Origin: an uncultured bacterium
GTDB lineage: Bacteria > Krumholzibacteriota > Krumholzibacteriia > LZORAL124-64-63
DNA: 64,000 bases
Direction of reading: 5' to 3'
NCBI GenBank assembly: GCA_963727525.1
Contig: CAVSGO010000005.1
Coordinates: 640,001 to 704,000 of the forward strand
A program made the translations under genes and the position numbers. Below are positions 52,427-61,889 of this stretch, piece after piece (position 1 is the stretch's first letter; each line of letters begins with the position of its first letter). The notes below the pieces were generated by a model. That model was not told the origin of the DNA. It did not search any database and was given only the letters and a program-made list of their open reading frames with translations.

Positions 52427-53887
52427 TTGAATTTCGTGAAAAAGGTCGCGGGCCTGGCGCTCGTCGTCGGGACCACCGTATGGGCCGGACCGCTACTCGC
52501 ACGCACGATCAACGTCCCCGCCACCTACCCCTACATCAGTCTGGCGCTCCGCGTGGCCCGCAGTGGTGACCACGTTCGCGTACAGCCCGGCGTCTACCAC
52601 GAGTGGGGGCTCTACCTCACGAACGGTGTCATCCTCGAGGGCGCCACGGAAGAGCCGGGCGCAGTCACGATCGTGGGCAACGGCGGTTCCCGCGTACTGC
52701 TGGCGACGCATATCGACACCCTCGCCGTGGCCAAGGATCTGACGATCACCGGCGGCAATGCTGATGGGATCACCTATTACGACGGCAGTGGCGGCGGCAT
52801 GCTGATCAATGACGCACGCGTGAAGCTCGTGAGGGTGCGCTTCACAGGGAACAACGCGCGGTACAGTGGCGGCGGTCTCCGGCTCATCAGCGCCTCGCCC
52901 ACGCTGGTCGGCTGCGAGTTCCTGGACAACACCGCCGGGGACGGCGGCGGCGGCCTCGATTGCAGCTACGACGCGAGCCCGATGCTCGAATCGTGCACGT
53001 TGCGCAACAACAGCGCGGCCTGGGGTGGCGGCATATCGATCCGGAGCGATTCGGCGCCGACCATGATGACGTGTGCGTTCGTGGAAAACACGGTATTAGC
53101 CGGACCCGGACTCGGTGGCGGCCTGTTCTCCGATAGCCAGTCGCATCCCTCGCTCGTCATGTGCATGTTCAACGGCAATAAGGCCCGGTACGGCGGTGCT
53201 CTGGCCGCGGCGACGGGATCGAGCCTCGACATGACCAACTGCACGCTGCGGGCGAATGCCGCCACCCGCGAAGGTGGCGGCGTGTACGTGAAGCGATGCA
53301 TCCCGAACATCGTGCACACGATCATCGCCGAGAACGAGGGTGTGGCCGTGCACATCGGCGACGACTCGTTGCCGCAGTTCAACGCCTGCGACATCTGGGG
53401 CAACTCCGGCGGCGACTGGCTCGGCGCCATCGCCGGACAGAGCGGCGAGCAGGGGAACATGTCCGCAGATCCGCTCTTCTGCAGCGACACCGATCTTCAC
53501 ATCGATACCGCGTCTCCCTGCGCGCCGGCCCAGAACGACGTCGGACTCATCGGCGCGAACCTGCCTGGTTGTTCGAACCAAGCCATCGTCGTGAACGACG
53601 ACCTCCCGGTGCTCGTTCGCATGTCCGTGGCGCCCAATCCGTGCAATCCGGTCACGTCCGTCAACTTCGACCTCGACACCGCTCGGCGCGTGCGCTTGAC
53701 GGTCTACGACGTCAGCGGGCGACGGGTGCGCACGCTCGCCGATCAGACCTTCCCCGCCGGTACACAGTCGGTTTTATGGGATGGCCACGACGACGACGGG
53801 CGCGCGCTCGCGTCCGGCACCTATGTCGTGGCGTTCGCGGCCCAGGGAAAGAATCTCCAGACCACGAAGGTCCTGCTCGTCAAGTGA
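52427..53887 (+). CDS. Secreted right-handed beta-helix protein with FlgD-Ig/T9SS-like CTD
   Basis: GGG-x repeats (NNARYSGGG, NSAAWGGG), DPLFC, PNPCNP..KVLLVK; start TTG 52427 or GTG 52436. Confidence 0.85.
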   Translation: MNFVKKVAGLALVVGTTVWAGPLLARTINVPATYPYISLALRVARSGDHVRVQPGVYHEWGLYLTNGVILEGATEEPGAVTIVGNGGSRVLLATHIDTLAVAKDLTITGGNADGITYYDGSGGGMLINDARVKLVRVRFTGNNARYSGGGLRLISASPTLVGCEFLDNTAGDGGGGLDCSYDASPMLESCTLRNNSAAWGGGISIRSDSAPTMMTCAFVENTVLAGPGLGGGLFSDSQSHPSLVMCMFNGNKARYGGALAAATGSSLDMTNCTLRANAATREGGGVYVKRCIPNIVHTIIAENEGVAVHIGDDSLPQFNACDIWGNSGGDWLGAIAGQSGEQGNMSADPLFCSDTDLHIDTASPCAPAQNDVGLIGANLPGCSNQAIVVNDDLPVLVRMSVAPNPCNPVTSVNFDLDTARRVRLTVYDVSGRRVRTLADQTFPAGTQSVLWDGHDDDGRALASGTYVVAFAAQGKNLQTTKVLLVK

Positions 53888-54779
53888 TACGCCGCGCCAC
53901 GACCCCGGCTGCCGGTCGGCCATCGGGATCGAAGTCTTCGGTCTGCACCAGGCGCAGGAACAGTGGTGACGGCAGCAGGCGTGCCAGCTCGCCGCGACGC
54001 AGCCGGTGGCGCGCCTGGGGGTTGCCCACATAGCCCGGCGCGTCGCGAAACGTCCGCACGACAGCCACGCCGGCAGGCGCCAGGAGCCCCGGCAAGGCGC
54101 GCACGAGATCGCGCTGCAGGTAGCGGAACATGAGGACCACCGCCCACGGCCCGTCCGGAACGACGGCCGGGTTTCGCAGATCGGCTTCCACGAGCTGCAG
54201 CGTGACACCACGGCTCTCCGCCAGGCGCCGCGCGAGACGCAGCGCTTCCGGCTGGTGATCGATGCCCACCACGCGGTAACCGCGCTCCGCCAGCCAGACG
54301 CTCGCCCGGCCGCTGCCGCAGGCGATGTCGAGCACCGGCCCGGCGGCGGGCGGGGGCAACAGGTGCGCCCATCGCGCCAGGAAGCTGGGCGGCTGCCAGA
54401 GCGGTTGCCGCACCGTCCCGGAGCTCCGCCAGGGTTCGGGCGCGACGCATCCCGGGGGCCAGACCACGGCCTGGACCCGCGCACGGCCTCGCGCCTGCAG
54501 ATGTGCGCTGGCCCGCAAGGCGACGACGCGGTCTCCCGCCACGACGACGAGCTCGACCTCCCGCGGAGGCAGAAAGATCGACGGCACCTCGGCATCGAGC
54601 CACGCTTCCAGCCCCGCCGACGACCCGTCGTCACGCGGTATGTTGCAGGACCCCGGGAGATGGCCGCCCTCGAAGTCCGGAGCCGGGCGTAGATCGAGGA
54701 TCCGATTCGCGAGCCCTGTCCCTGCGGACACGAGCCGAGACAGATCGTTCGGTAGGACGAGGATGAAGTCGTCGCTCAC
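53880..54779 (-). CDS. Rhodanese-like domain fused to a class I (TehB-like) methyltransferase
   Basis: ILDLRP..FEGGHLPGSCNIP; VLDIACGSGRASVWLAERG; FRYLQR. Confidence 0.75.
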   Translation of the reverse strand: MSDDFILVLPNDLSRLVSAGTGLANRILDLRPAPDFEGGHLPGSCNIPRDDGSSAGLEAWLDAEVPSIFLPPREVELVVVAGDRVVALRASAHLQARGRARVQAVVWPPGCVAPEPWRSSGTVRQPLWQPPSFLARWAHLLPPPAAGPVLDIACGSGRASVWLAERGYRVVGIDHQPEALRLARRLAESRGVTLQLVEADLRNPAVVPDGPWAVVLMFRYLQRDLVRALPGLLAPAGVAVVRTFRDAPGYVGNPQARHRLRRGELARLLPSPLFLRLVQTEDFDPDGRPAAGVVARRIT

Positions 54780-54892
54780 AGGCCCCCTCGCGAACGTTCA
54801 GGGTCTCCTTCCCCCGCCGTCCAGGATCTGATACCATCGCCGGCACGCGCTTTCCCGTGCCCCTTCGCCTTTCCGTGTCCCTGGGGTGGCCC

Positions 54893-55444
54893 ATGGTGCT
54901 GCGACACGCGATGCTGCCCACGCTCGCCGGCCCATTGCTGGTGGTGGCTGGACCGGATGGCCTGCGGTATCTGCGCATCCTGCCGGAAATTCATGCCTAC
55001 CGTCCCGACCTGGCCCGTCTGGTCCCGGGCATTCCCGGCGACGAGACCGAGCTGGTCGAGGATCCCGGAGCCTTCACGGCGCTGGCACGTCAGCTCGGCG
55101 AGTACTTCGCCGGGCTGCGGCGGGGATTCGACGAGCCACTGGCTCCGACCGGAACCTCGTTCCAGACGGCCGTCTGGCACCGCATCGCCACCATACCCTA
55201 CGGAAAGCTGCGGGCGTACGGGGAACTCGCAGCAGACCTGGGTCGCCCGCGGGCGACCCGCGCCGTCGGTCAGGCGGTGGCCCAGAACCCCCTGCCCATC
55301 GTGATCCCCTGCCACCGTGTGATCGGAGCCGGGGGCGCGCTCGTGGGGTTCGCGGGCGGGACTGATCTCAAGGCACGGCTCTTGCGACTCGAGGGCCACA
55401 CCCTGATCGGGGCCCGGCGGATCGCGCCTCCTCAGCTCTTCTGA
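54893..55444 (+). CDS. ogt: Methylated-DNA--protein-cysteine S-methyltransferase
   Basis: GTSFQ..IPYG..RAVG..PCHRV. Confidence 0.92.
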   Translation: MVLRHAMLPTLAGPLLVVAGPDGLRYLRILPEIHAYRPDLARLVPGIPGDETELVEDPGAFTALARQLGEYFAGLRRGFDEPLAPTGTSFQTAVWHRIATIPYGKLRAYGELAADLGRPRATRAVGQAVAQNPLPIVIPCHRVIGAGGALVGFAGGTDLKARLLRLEGHTLIGARRIAPPQLF

Positions 55445-55574
55445 GAGGACGCTCTGGCTTGCCGGTCGGGGCAATACTCCTCTAGATTGGGTTCGGCCAT
55501 CCTCGCATCAGGGACGAAACCGGGCGTGGCTGCTGCCGTGTGAACTGAATGTGTTCGAGCCATAGGAGCGGCTG

Positions 55575-58178
55575 ATGCACAAGTTCCGCAAGTTCGTCGT
55601 GACTCCGAGTCTGCCGCCGAAGCTCGCACCGCTGCTCGAGATCGCGCGGAATCTCTGGTGGATCTGGAATCCCGAAGCGATCGCGCTGCTGCGCCGCATC
55701 GATCCCGATCTCTGGGAAGAGCGCAATCACAATCCGATCGCCGTCCTCGGAAGCCTCTCGTCGGAGCGGTTCAACGAGCTGGCGCGCGACCCGGCCTTTC
55801 TCGCCCACCTCGAGAGCGTGCACGACGACCTGCAGCGTTACCTGCAGATGCCGTCGTGGTTCGAGGAGGAGCACCCCAACGTGAGTGGCAGCCGCATCGG
55901 GTACTTCTCCTTCGAGTTCGGACTGCACGAATGCCTGCCGCTCTACTCCGGCGGCCTCGGCTGCTTGGCGGGCGATCATCTGAAGTCGGCGACCGATCTC
56001 GGCATTCCGCTCGTGGCCGTGGGTCTGGCCTACCAGTACGGGTACTTCCGGCAATACCTGAACCACGACGGCTGGCAGCAGGAAGACTACCCGATCAACG
56101 ACTTCTACAACATGGTCATGACGCTCGAGAAAAACGCGGACGACACCCCCGTGGTCATCGAGATCGAGTATCCCGGCCGTGTGGTCAAGGCGCGCATCTG
56201 GCGCGTCCAGATCGGGCGCAATCCTCTGTTCCTGCTCGACACGAATCTCTTCGAGAACCGTCCCGAGGACCGCGACCTGACGAGCAAGCTCTACGGCGGC
56301 GACACCGACATGCGCATCCGCCAGGAGATCCTGCTGGGCATCGGCGGTCTGCGCGCCCTGAAGGCGTTGAACGTCGAACCCTCGGTGTGCCACCTCAACG
56401 AGGGCCACTCGGCTTTCCTCGCGCTCGAGCGCATCCGGTTGCTGATGGAGGAGCAGAAGCTCCCATACAGCGTGGCGTTCGAGCTGGTTCGTGCCACGAA
56501 CGTGTTCACGAGCCACACCCCCGTGCCGGCAGGCAATGACTACTTCGATCCCACCCTCGTGCGCACCTACCTCAAGGGCATGGCCGACCAGCTCGGGATC
56601 GGGCTGGAGGGCCTCCTCGCGCTCGGGCGCCAGGACCCGAACGACAAGGCCGAGTCGTTCTGCATGACCGTGCTCGCGCTGCGCCTCAGCCAGTTCGCCA
56701 ACGGCGTGAGCGAGCTGCACGGGCACGTGACACGGGACATGTGGAAGAAGATCTGGCCCGGCGTACCGGTGCACGAGATCCCGATCTCCCACATCACCAA
56801 CGGCATCCATACCCGCAGCTGGCAGTGCAACGAGCTGGCGCAGCTCTACGACCGCTACCTGGGACCGCGCTGGTACGACAAGCCAACCAATCACATGGTG
56901 TGGCAACGCGTCGACCGCATTCCCGACGCCGAGCTGTGGCGAGCGCACATGCGCATGCGCGAGCGCCTGGTGGGCTTCGTGCGGCGGCGCCTGCGCGCGC
57001 AGCTCGCGGCGCGCGGCGTGAGCCAGGCCTACGTGCAGGCCGCCGGCGAGGTGCTCGACCCGGATGCCATGACGATCGGATTCGCCCGACGGTTCGCGAC
57101 CTACAAGCGCGCCGACCTCGTGCTGCGCGACCCCGAGCGCCTTTCGCGCATCCTCAACAATCCCGATCGACCGGTGCAGATCATCTTCGCCGGCAAGGCG
57201 CACCCCAAGGATCATCCCGGCAAGGAACTGATCCGCAAGATCGTGCACCTGGCCCAACGCGACGACTTCCGCAACCGCATCGTCTTCCTCGAGGATTACA
57301 ACATCGAGGTCGCGCGCTACCTCGTGCAGGGTGTGGACATCTGGCTGAACAACCCCCGCCGTCCGCTCGAGGCCAGCGGCACCAGCGGCATGAAGGTGCC
57401 TGTGAATGGCGGCATCAACCTGTCGGTGCTCGACGGCTGGTGGTGCGAGGCGTACGACAAGCAGAACGGCTGGGCCATCGGCGCCGGCGAGATGTACGAG
57501 GATCCGGCATACCAGGACGAGGTGGAATCGACCAACCTCTACGAGTTGCTCGATAACGAGATCGCGCCGCTCTTCTACAAGCGCAGCAGCGACGACGTCC
57601 CGCGCGACTGGGTCCGCGTCATGAAGAATTCGATGAAGACCGTGAACACCGAGTTCAACACCAACCGCATGGTCGAGGAATATACCCAGCGCTTCTACAT
57701 GCCCTGCGTGGAGAACCGGCTGCGCCTGTTTGCGAACGACGCGAAGGATGCGGTGGAGCTGGCGCGCTGGCGCGCGCACGTGTCGCAGCACTGGCCCGCC
57801 GTGTCGGTGGCCGACATCGCAGCGGAGGACCAGGAGGCCCAGCCCATGGGTTCGAGCTTCCCGGTCCAGGCGACGATCGAGCTGGGCGACCTGGGCACGG
57901 GGGATATCCTCGTGGAGATCTACCACGGGTTGCTCGACCGCAATGGCGAGGTCATGAACGGCGAGACCGAGATCATGACGCCGGAACACGAGGGGGTGAC
58001 GGGGCGCGTGGTCTACACCGGCAGCATTCCCTGCCGACGCTCGGGGCAACGTGGTTTCACCGTGCGCGTGACCCCTCGCAACGCCGCCTTCCCCCTCAAC
58101 CGCTTCGAAACCGGACTCATCCGCTGGTATGGCGACGACGTCACGGCGCCGCGGCCGCGGGCCCAATACGCGTCGTGA
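55575..58178 (+). CDS. glgP: Alpha-glucan (glycogen/starch) phosphorylase
   Basis: YSGGLG, HLNEGH, FARRFATYKR, EASGTSGMK. Confidence 0.96.
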   Translation: MHKFRKFVVTPSLPPKLAPLLEIARNLWWIWNPEAIALLRRIDPDLWEERNHNPIAVLGSLSSERFNELARDPAFLAHLESVHDDLQRYLQMPSWFEEEHPNVSGSRIGYFSFEFGLHECLPLYSGGLGCLAGDHLKSATDLGIPLVAVGLAYQYGYFRQYLNHDGWQQEDYPINDFYNMVMTLEKNADDTPVVIEIEYPGRVVKARIWRVQIGRNPLFLLDTNLFENRPEDRDLTSKLYGGDTDMRIRQEILLGIGGLRALKALNVEPSVCHLNEGHSAFLALERIRLLMEEQKLPYSVAFELVRATNVFTSHTPVPAGNDYFDPTLVRTYLKGMADQLGIGLEGLLALGRQDPNDKAESFCMTVLALRLSQFANGVSELHGHVTRDMWKKIWPGVPVHEIPISHITNGIHTRSWQCNELAQLYDRYLGPRWYDKPTNHMVWQRVDRIPDAELWRAHMRMRERLVGFVRRRLRAQLAARGVSQAYVQAAGEVLDPDAMTIGFARRFATYKRADLVLRDPERLSRILNNPDRPVQIIFAGKAHPKDHPGKELIRKIVHLAQRDDFRNRIVFLEDYNIEVARYLVQGVDIWLNNPRRPLEASGTSGMKVPVNGGINLSVLDGWWCEAYDKQNGWAIGAGEMYEDPAYQDEVESTNLYELLDNEIAPLFYKRSSDDVPRDWVRVMKNSMKTVNTEFNTNRMVEEYTQRFYMPCVENRLRLFANDAKDAVELARWRAHVSQHWPAVSVADIAAEDQEAQPMGSSFPVQATIELGDLGTGDILVEIYHGLLDRNGEVMNGETEIMTPEHEGVTGRVVYTGSIPCRRSGQRGFTVRVTPRNAAFPLNRFETGLIRWYGDDVTAPRPRAQYAS

Positions 58179-58202
58179 GGACCGGCTCGTCGAGCACACT
58201 GA

Positions 58203-58228
58203 AAGGGTCCATCCCGCGGTGGACCCTT
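58203..58228. terminator. Hairpin between convergent glgP and HTH gene
   Basis: aagggtcca-tcccgcgg-tggaccctt. Confidence 0.6.
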
Positions 58229-58248
58229 CGTCCTTTCTGAGCTATCGC

Positions 58249-58578
58249 CTAACCCAGACCAGGCACGATCCGTTTCAACTCGTCGATGTACGCCTGGAAC
58301 CGGCTCCGCCCGCCGCTAGAAAGCTTGACGACGGTACGCGGCCGCTTGCCGACGAAGTCCTTCGCGATCTCCACCATCCCCCCGGCCTCCAGCTTCGACA
58401 GGTGTACGGACAGCGTGCCGTCGGTGAGACCCGCCTCCACCTTCAGTTCGGTGAACGTGGCACCGGCCGCGTGCGTCGCCAGGTATGACAGGACGAGCAG
58501 TCGTGCACGACCGTGGATGAGAGGAGACAGCGGTGTGAGGTCGTCGCGCTCGGACGCGGACGCCGCCGATGCTGCCAC
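58249..58578 (-). CDS. Winged-helix transcriptional regulator (HTH_34/MarR-like)
   Basis: IHGRARL..FTELK..LTDGTLSVHLSKLE..K.FVGKRPRT; GGAGG RBS. Confidence 0.88.
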   Translation of the reverse strand: MAASAASASERDDLTPLSPLIHGRARLLVLSYLATHAAGATFTELKVEAGLTDGTLSVHLSKLEAGGMVEIAKDFVGKRPRTVVKLSSGGRSRFQAYIDELKRIVPGLG

Positions 58579-58769
58579 GGGCGCTGGCCTCCCTGCCGTG
58601 CGCGCGGTGTCAGGTGGCGGCGTTCAGGGACCGGCGCGAGGCTGCGCGGCGAGGTGCCGGCCGGTCCCCGCCATCCGGAGGGTCGCCGCGGAATCCCTGC
58701 CACGGGGGTCGTCTACGCGCAGTGGGAGCAACACCGCGCGAACCGCGCATCCCTTCGCGGCGAGAGGTT

Positions 58770-58965
58770 GAATCGGGGGGCGGCTGGCACCCAGGACCAG
58801 TGACTCCGCCCCCCTTCGGCCGTCGGGGTTCCTTCCCCTTCCCCTTGCGGGGGTCCGTGCCTTGCGGCATGCGCTCCGTCCGGACCCGGCGTCAACCTCC
58901 AGACAGGCCCGCTTCCGTGACCTTGGCGGTTCCGCCTCCTTGCGGATGCCCGCCTGCCGGATGAC
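58770..58965 (-). ncRNA. Candidate structured small RNA, family unknown
   Basis: Non-coding gap with three GCAA-tetraloop hairpins, about 11 GGA motifs, a GC-rich closing stem and TTGACA upstream. Confidence 0.55.
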
Positions 58966-58972
58966 ATATGCT

Positions 58973-59001
58973 TTATTAATTCAAGTACTTCATTTTGTCA
59001 A
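58973..59001 (-). promoter_or_regulatory. Sigma70-like promoter for the candidate sRNA
   Basis: TTGACA-17 bp-TAATAA inside an AT-rich island; the -10 element is imperfect. Confidence 0.5.
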
Positions 59002-59154
59002 GTAACTTTTTCCGCGGGTACGGTCAGTCCGTTCCGCGGCGATCCGATCCCGCTTTACTCCACGAGGCCGCCCGCTATCTTTGGCGCGTATCCTGTATAT
59101 TCCGCACTGCAACCGGCGTCGCCGTGGGCCACCCGACACGCCGAGGAGGGCCGC

Positions 59155-60354
59155 ATGAAGACTGCGAAGTACATCGAGATCGAGGAGCGCTACGGAGCCC
59201 ACAACTACCACCCGCTCGACACGGTCATCGCGAAGGCGGAAGGCGTGTGGGTCGAGGACGTCGACGGAAAGCGGTACCTCGACTTTCTCGCAGCGTACAG
59301 CGCGGTCAATCAGGGGCACTGCCACCCGCGCATCCTCAAGGCATTGCAGCGTCAGGCACGCAAGGTGACGCTCACCAGCCGCGCGTTCCGCAACGACCAG
59401 CTCCCGCTCTTCTGCCAGGAGATCTGCGAACTCACCGGCTTCGCGAAGGTGTTACCGATGAACTCGGGCGCCGAGGCCGTGGAAACCGCGATCAAGGCCG
59501 CGCGCAAGTGGGGCGAGCAAGTCAAGGGCGTGCCGAAGGACAAGGGCGAGATCATCACCTGCGCCGGCAACTTCCATGGCCGTACCACGACCATCGTGAG
59601 CTTCTCCACCGACGAGCAGTATCGCGAGGGTTTCGGCCCGTTCACCCCCGGCTTCAAGACGATCCCCTTCGGCGATGCCGATGCGCTGGCCAAGGCGATC
59701 ACGCCGCACACGGTGGCATTCCTGGTGGAACCGGTGCAGGGCGAAGCGGGCATCGTGGTGCCGCCGGAGGGCTTCCTGAAACGCGCCGCCGAGCTGTGCC
59801 ACGAGCACCGCGTGCTGCTGATCTGCGATGAGATCCAGTCGGGCCTGGGGCGCACGGGCAAGCTCTTCGCCTACGAGTGGGACGGCGTGCAGCCCGACGG
59901 CCTGATCGTGGGCAAGGCGCTCTCGGGCGGCTTCCTGCCGGTGAGCGCGTTCCTGAGCAGCGACGAGGTGATGGACGTCTTCAAGCCGGGTGATCACGGG
60001 TCGACGTTCGGCGGCAGCCCGCTGGCGATGGCCGTGGCGCGCGAGGCACTCAAGGTGATCGTCGAGGAGGACCTCGTCGGTCAGAGCGCCAAACTCGGCC
60101 CGTGGTTCATGGAGAAGCTAGGTGAGATCAAGAGCAAGAGCATCGTCAAGGTACGTGGCAAGGGCCTGTGGATCGGCCTCGTCCTCAACACGCCGGCCCG
60201 CCCTTACTGCGAGGCCCTGAAGGGCGAGGGGGTCCTCTGCAAGGAGACCCACGAGAACGTCATCCGCTTCGCGCCGCCACTGGTGATCACGAAGAAAGAA
60301 CTGAACTGGGCCCTGCGCCGCGTGGCGAAGGTGTTCAAGCGCATCGACGGCTAG
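59155..60354 (+). CDS. rocD: Ornithine--oxo-acid transaminase
   Basis: AHNYHPL, YSAVNQGHCHP, EPVQGEAG, DEIQSGLGRTG, GKALSGG, HGSTFGG. Confidence 0.95.
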   Translation: MKTAKYIEIEERYGAHNYHPLDTVIAKAEGVWVEDVDGKRYLDFLAAYSAVNQGHCHPRILKALQRQARKVTLTSRAFRNDQLPLFCQEICELTGFAKVLPMNSGAEAVETAIKAARKWGEQVKGVPKDKGEIITCAGNFHGRTTTIVSFSTDEQYREGFGPFTPGFKTIPFGDADALAKAITPHTVAFLVEPVQGEAGIVVPPEGFLKRAAELCHEHRVLLICDEIQSGLGRTGKLFAYEWDGVQPDGLIVGKALSGGFLPVSAFLSSDEVMDVFKPGDHGSTFGGSPLAMAVAREALKVIVEEDLVGQSAKLGPWFMEKLGEIKSKSIVKVRGKGLWIGLVLNTPARPYCEALKGEGVLCKETHENVIRFAPPLVITKKELNWALRRVAKVFKRIDG

Positions 60355-60384
60355 CGGACCGACGAGTCCCTTGAATCCCTGATA

Positions 60385-60416
60385 CGGTGGGCGTTCCCCT
60401 GAAGGAACGCCCATCG
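60385..60416 (+). terminator. Hairpin after rocD
   Basis: tgggcgttcc-cctgaa-ggaacgccca. Confidence 0.55.
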
Positions 60417-60510
60417 TCGCGTCTGTGGGGCGTTTTGACTACGCGACTCCATCCTGTATCATCATGCAGCCACGTGGGTCACCAGCCAACCCGCTGGAAG
60501 GGGGACATCC

Positions 60511-61875
60511 ATGCGACGAACTACACGCAGTCCAGCGGTCGGAATCACCGCTGCCCTGGCCGTGACGCTGGGACTACTGCTCCCAGCGCTCGCCTCGGCC
60601 ACCATCATTCACGTACCAGGCGATCAGCCGACCATCGCGTCCGCCCTCGCCATTGCGCAGCCCGACGACCAGGTGCTGATCGCGGCAGGCACGTATGACG
60701 AACACGACCTCGAACTCCCGGCCGACGTCCGCCTGGAAGGCGAAACCGGGAATGCCCAGGACGTCGTCATCGACGCCCAGGAGCAGGGGCGCGTCCTCGC
60801 GATATCCTTCGCGAATATCAGCGCCGAGGTGCGCGACATCACCCTCACCGGCGGCGACGCGAATCGCGGCGGCGCCGTCTTCAGTCGTGGCACCCGACTC
60901 ACGCTCCATGGCTGCCGCGTCCAGAACAACCGTGCGCACTACGGTGGCGGAATCTTTGTCGCCGAGGGCGAGTGCGAACTCGACGATTGCCTCATCGTCC
61001 GCAACGAGTCCGACACGTTTGGCGGCGGCCTATACGTCCACGGTGAGGCGGAACTGCTCGCGATCTCGACGCTGATCGCCTCCAACTACGCCGAAACGGG
61101 AGGCGGTGCCTGGTACGTCGCCGACGGCGGTTCCCTTTCGCTGGATCACGGCACTATCGCGGACAACTCCGTGGTGGAGGCCGGCGGCGAGGGAGCGGCC
61201 TTCGCGGCCCTTGGCGTCGTCGTTCAGAATACGGCCGCCGCGATCAACCTGCCGATCTGGACCAGCCTGCCCGCGCAGCCGGATCTGATCGAGCTTCCGC
61301 CGGAGCCCACGGCCGAACGGTGCCTGCTCGTCGACGCGGCGAGCGTGCCGCAGTTCACATGCAGTGTGCGGTATTTCGGTGGTTTCCTGGGGCCGATCGC
61401 CGACCAGGAAGGTGTGAACGGCAACGTCGCCGCCGATCCGCGCTTCTGCCGCCGCGGCTCGCTCGACGAACCGGACCTCCGCTTCGGAGTGGCGGCCGAT
61501 TCGCCGTGCTTGCCCGCGAACTCTGGCGGCTGCGACCTCATCGGCGTCTTCGGACAGAGCTGCGACACGCCACTACCGGTGCCCGACGTGCCGACGGTGG
61601 CGTGCGTGCTGGAAACGCCCGCTCCGAACCCGTTCAATCCGATCACGACGATCCGCTTCGCCGTGCGCGAGTCGGGCCACGCCCGGCTCGACGTGTACGA
61701 CCTCACGGGGCGGCGCGTGGCGACGCTCGTCGACGGCACCGTCGCGGCCGGCGGCCACGAAGCCACCTGGCGCGGCCTCGATGTGAGCGGACGCCGCGTC
61801 GCGAGCGGCGTCTATCTCTGCCGGCTCGTGGCCGGTGGCCTGACGCAGACCCGATCCCTCACCATGGTGAAGTAG
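60511..61875 (+). CDS. Secreted right-handed beta-helix protein with FlgD-Ig/T9SS-like CTD
   Basis: Signal peptide, IHVPGDQPTI, GGG repeats, DPRFC, PNPFNP..SGVYLCRL..LTMVK. Confidence 0.85.
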   Translation: MRRTTRSPAVGITAALAVTLGLLLPALASATIIHVPGDQPTIASALAIAQPDDQVLIAAGTYDEHDLELPADVRLEGETGNAQDVVIDAQEQGRVLAISFANISAEVRDITLTGGDANRGGAVFSRGTRLTLHGCRVQNNRAHYGGGIFVAEGECELDDCLIVRNESDTFGGGLYVHGEAELLAISTLIASNYAETGGGAWYVADGGSLSLDHGTIADNSVVEAGGEGAAFAALGVVVQNTAAAINLPIWTSLPAQPDLIELPPEPTAERCLLVDAASVPQFTCSVRYFGGFLGPIADQEGVNGNVAADPRFCRRGSLDEPDLRFGVAADSPCLPANSGGCDLIGVFGQSCDTPLPVPDVPTVACVLETPAPNPFNPITTIRFAVRESGHARLDVYDLTGRRVATLVDGTVAAGGHEATWRGLDVSGRRVASGVYLCRLVAGGLTQTRSLTMVK

Positions 61876-61889
61876 AAAGGAGGAACGCC

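Noticed and set aside
55482-58199. 905-aa minus-strand ORF and similar long overlapping ORFs elsewhere
   Set aside because: Antisense shadow of glgP with no recognisable motifs
58870-58935. Resemblance of the ncRNA candidate to SRP RNA domain IV (GGTCCGGACGGAGC) or a T-box
   Set aside because: Lacks the CAGG..GNRA..AGCA internal loop of SRP and the UGGNACC T-box core
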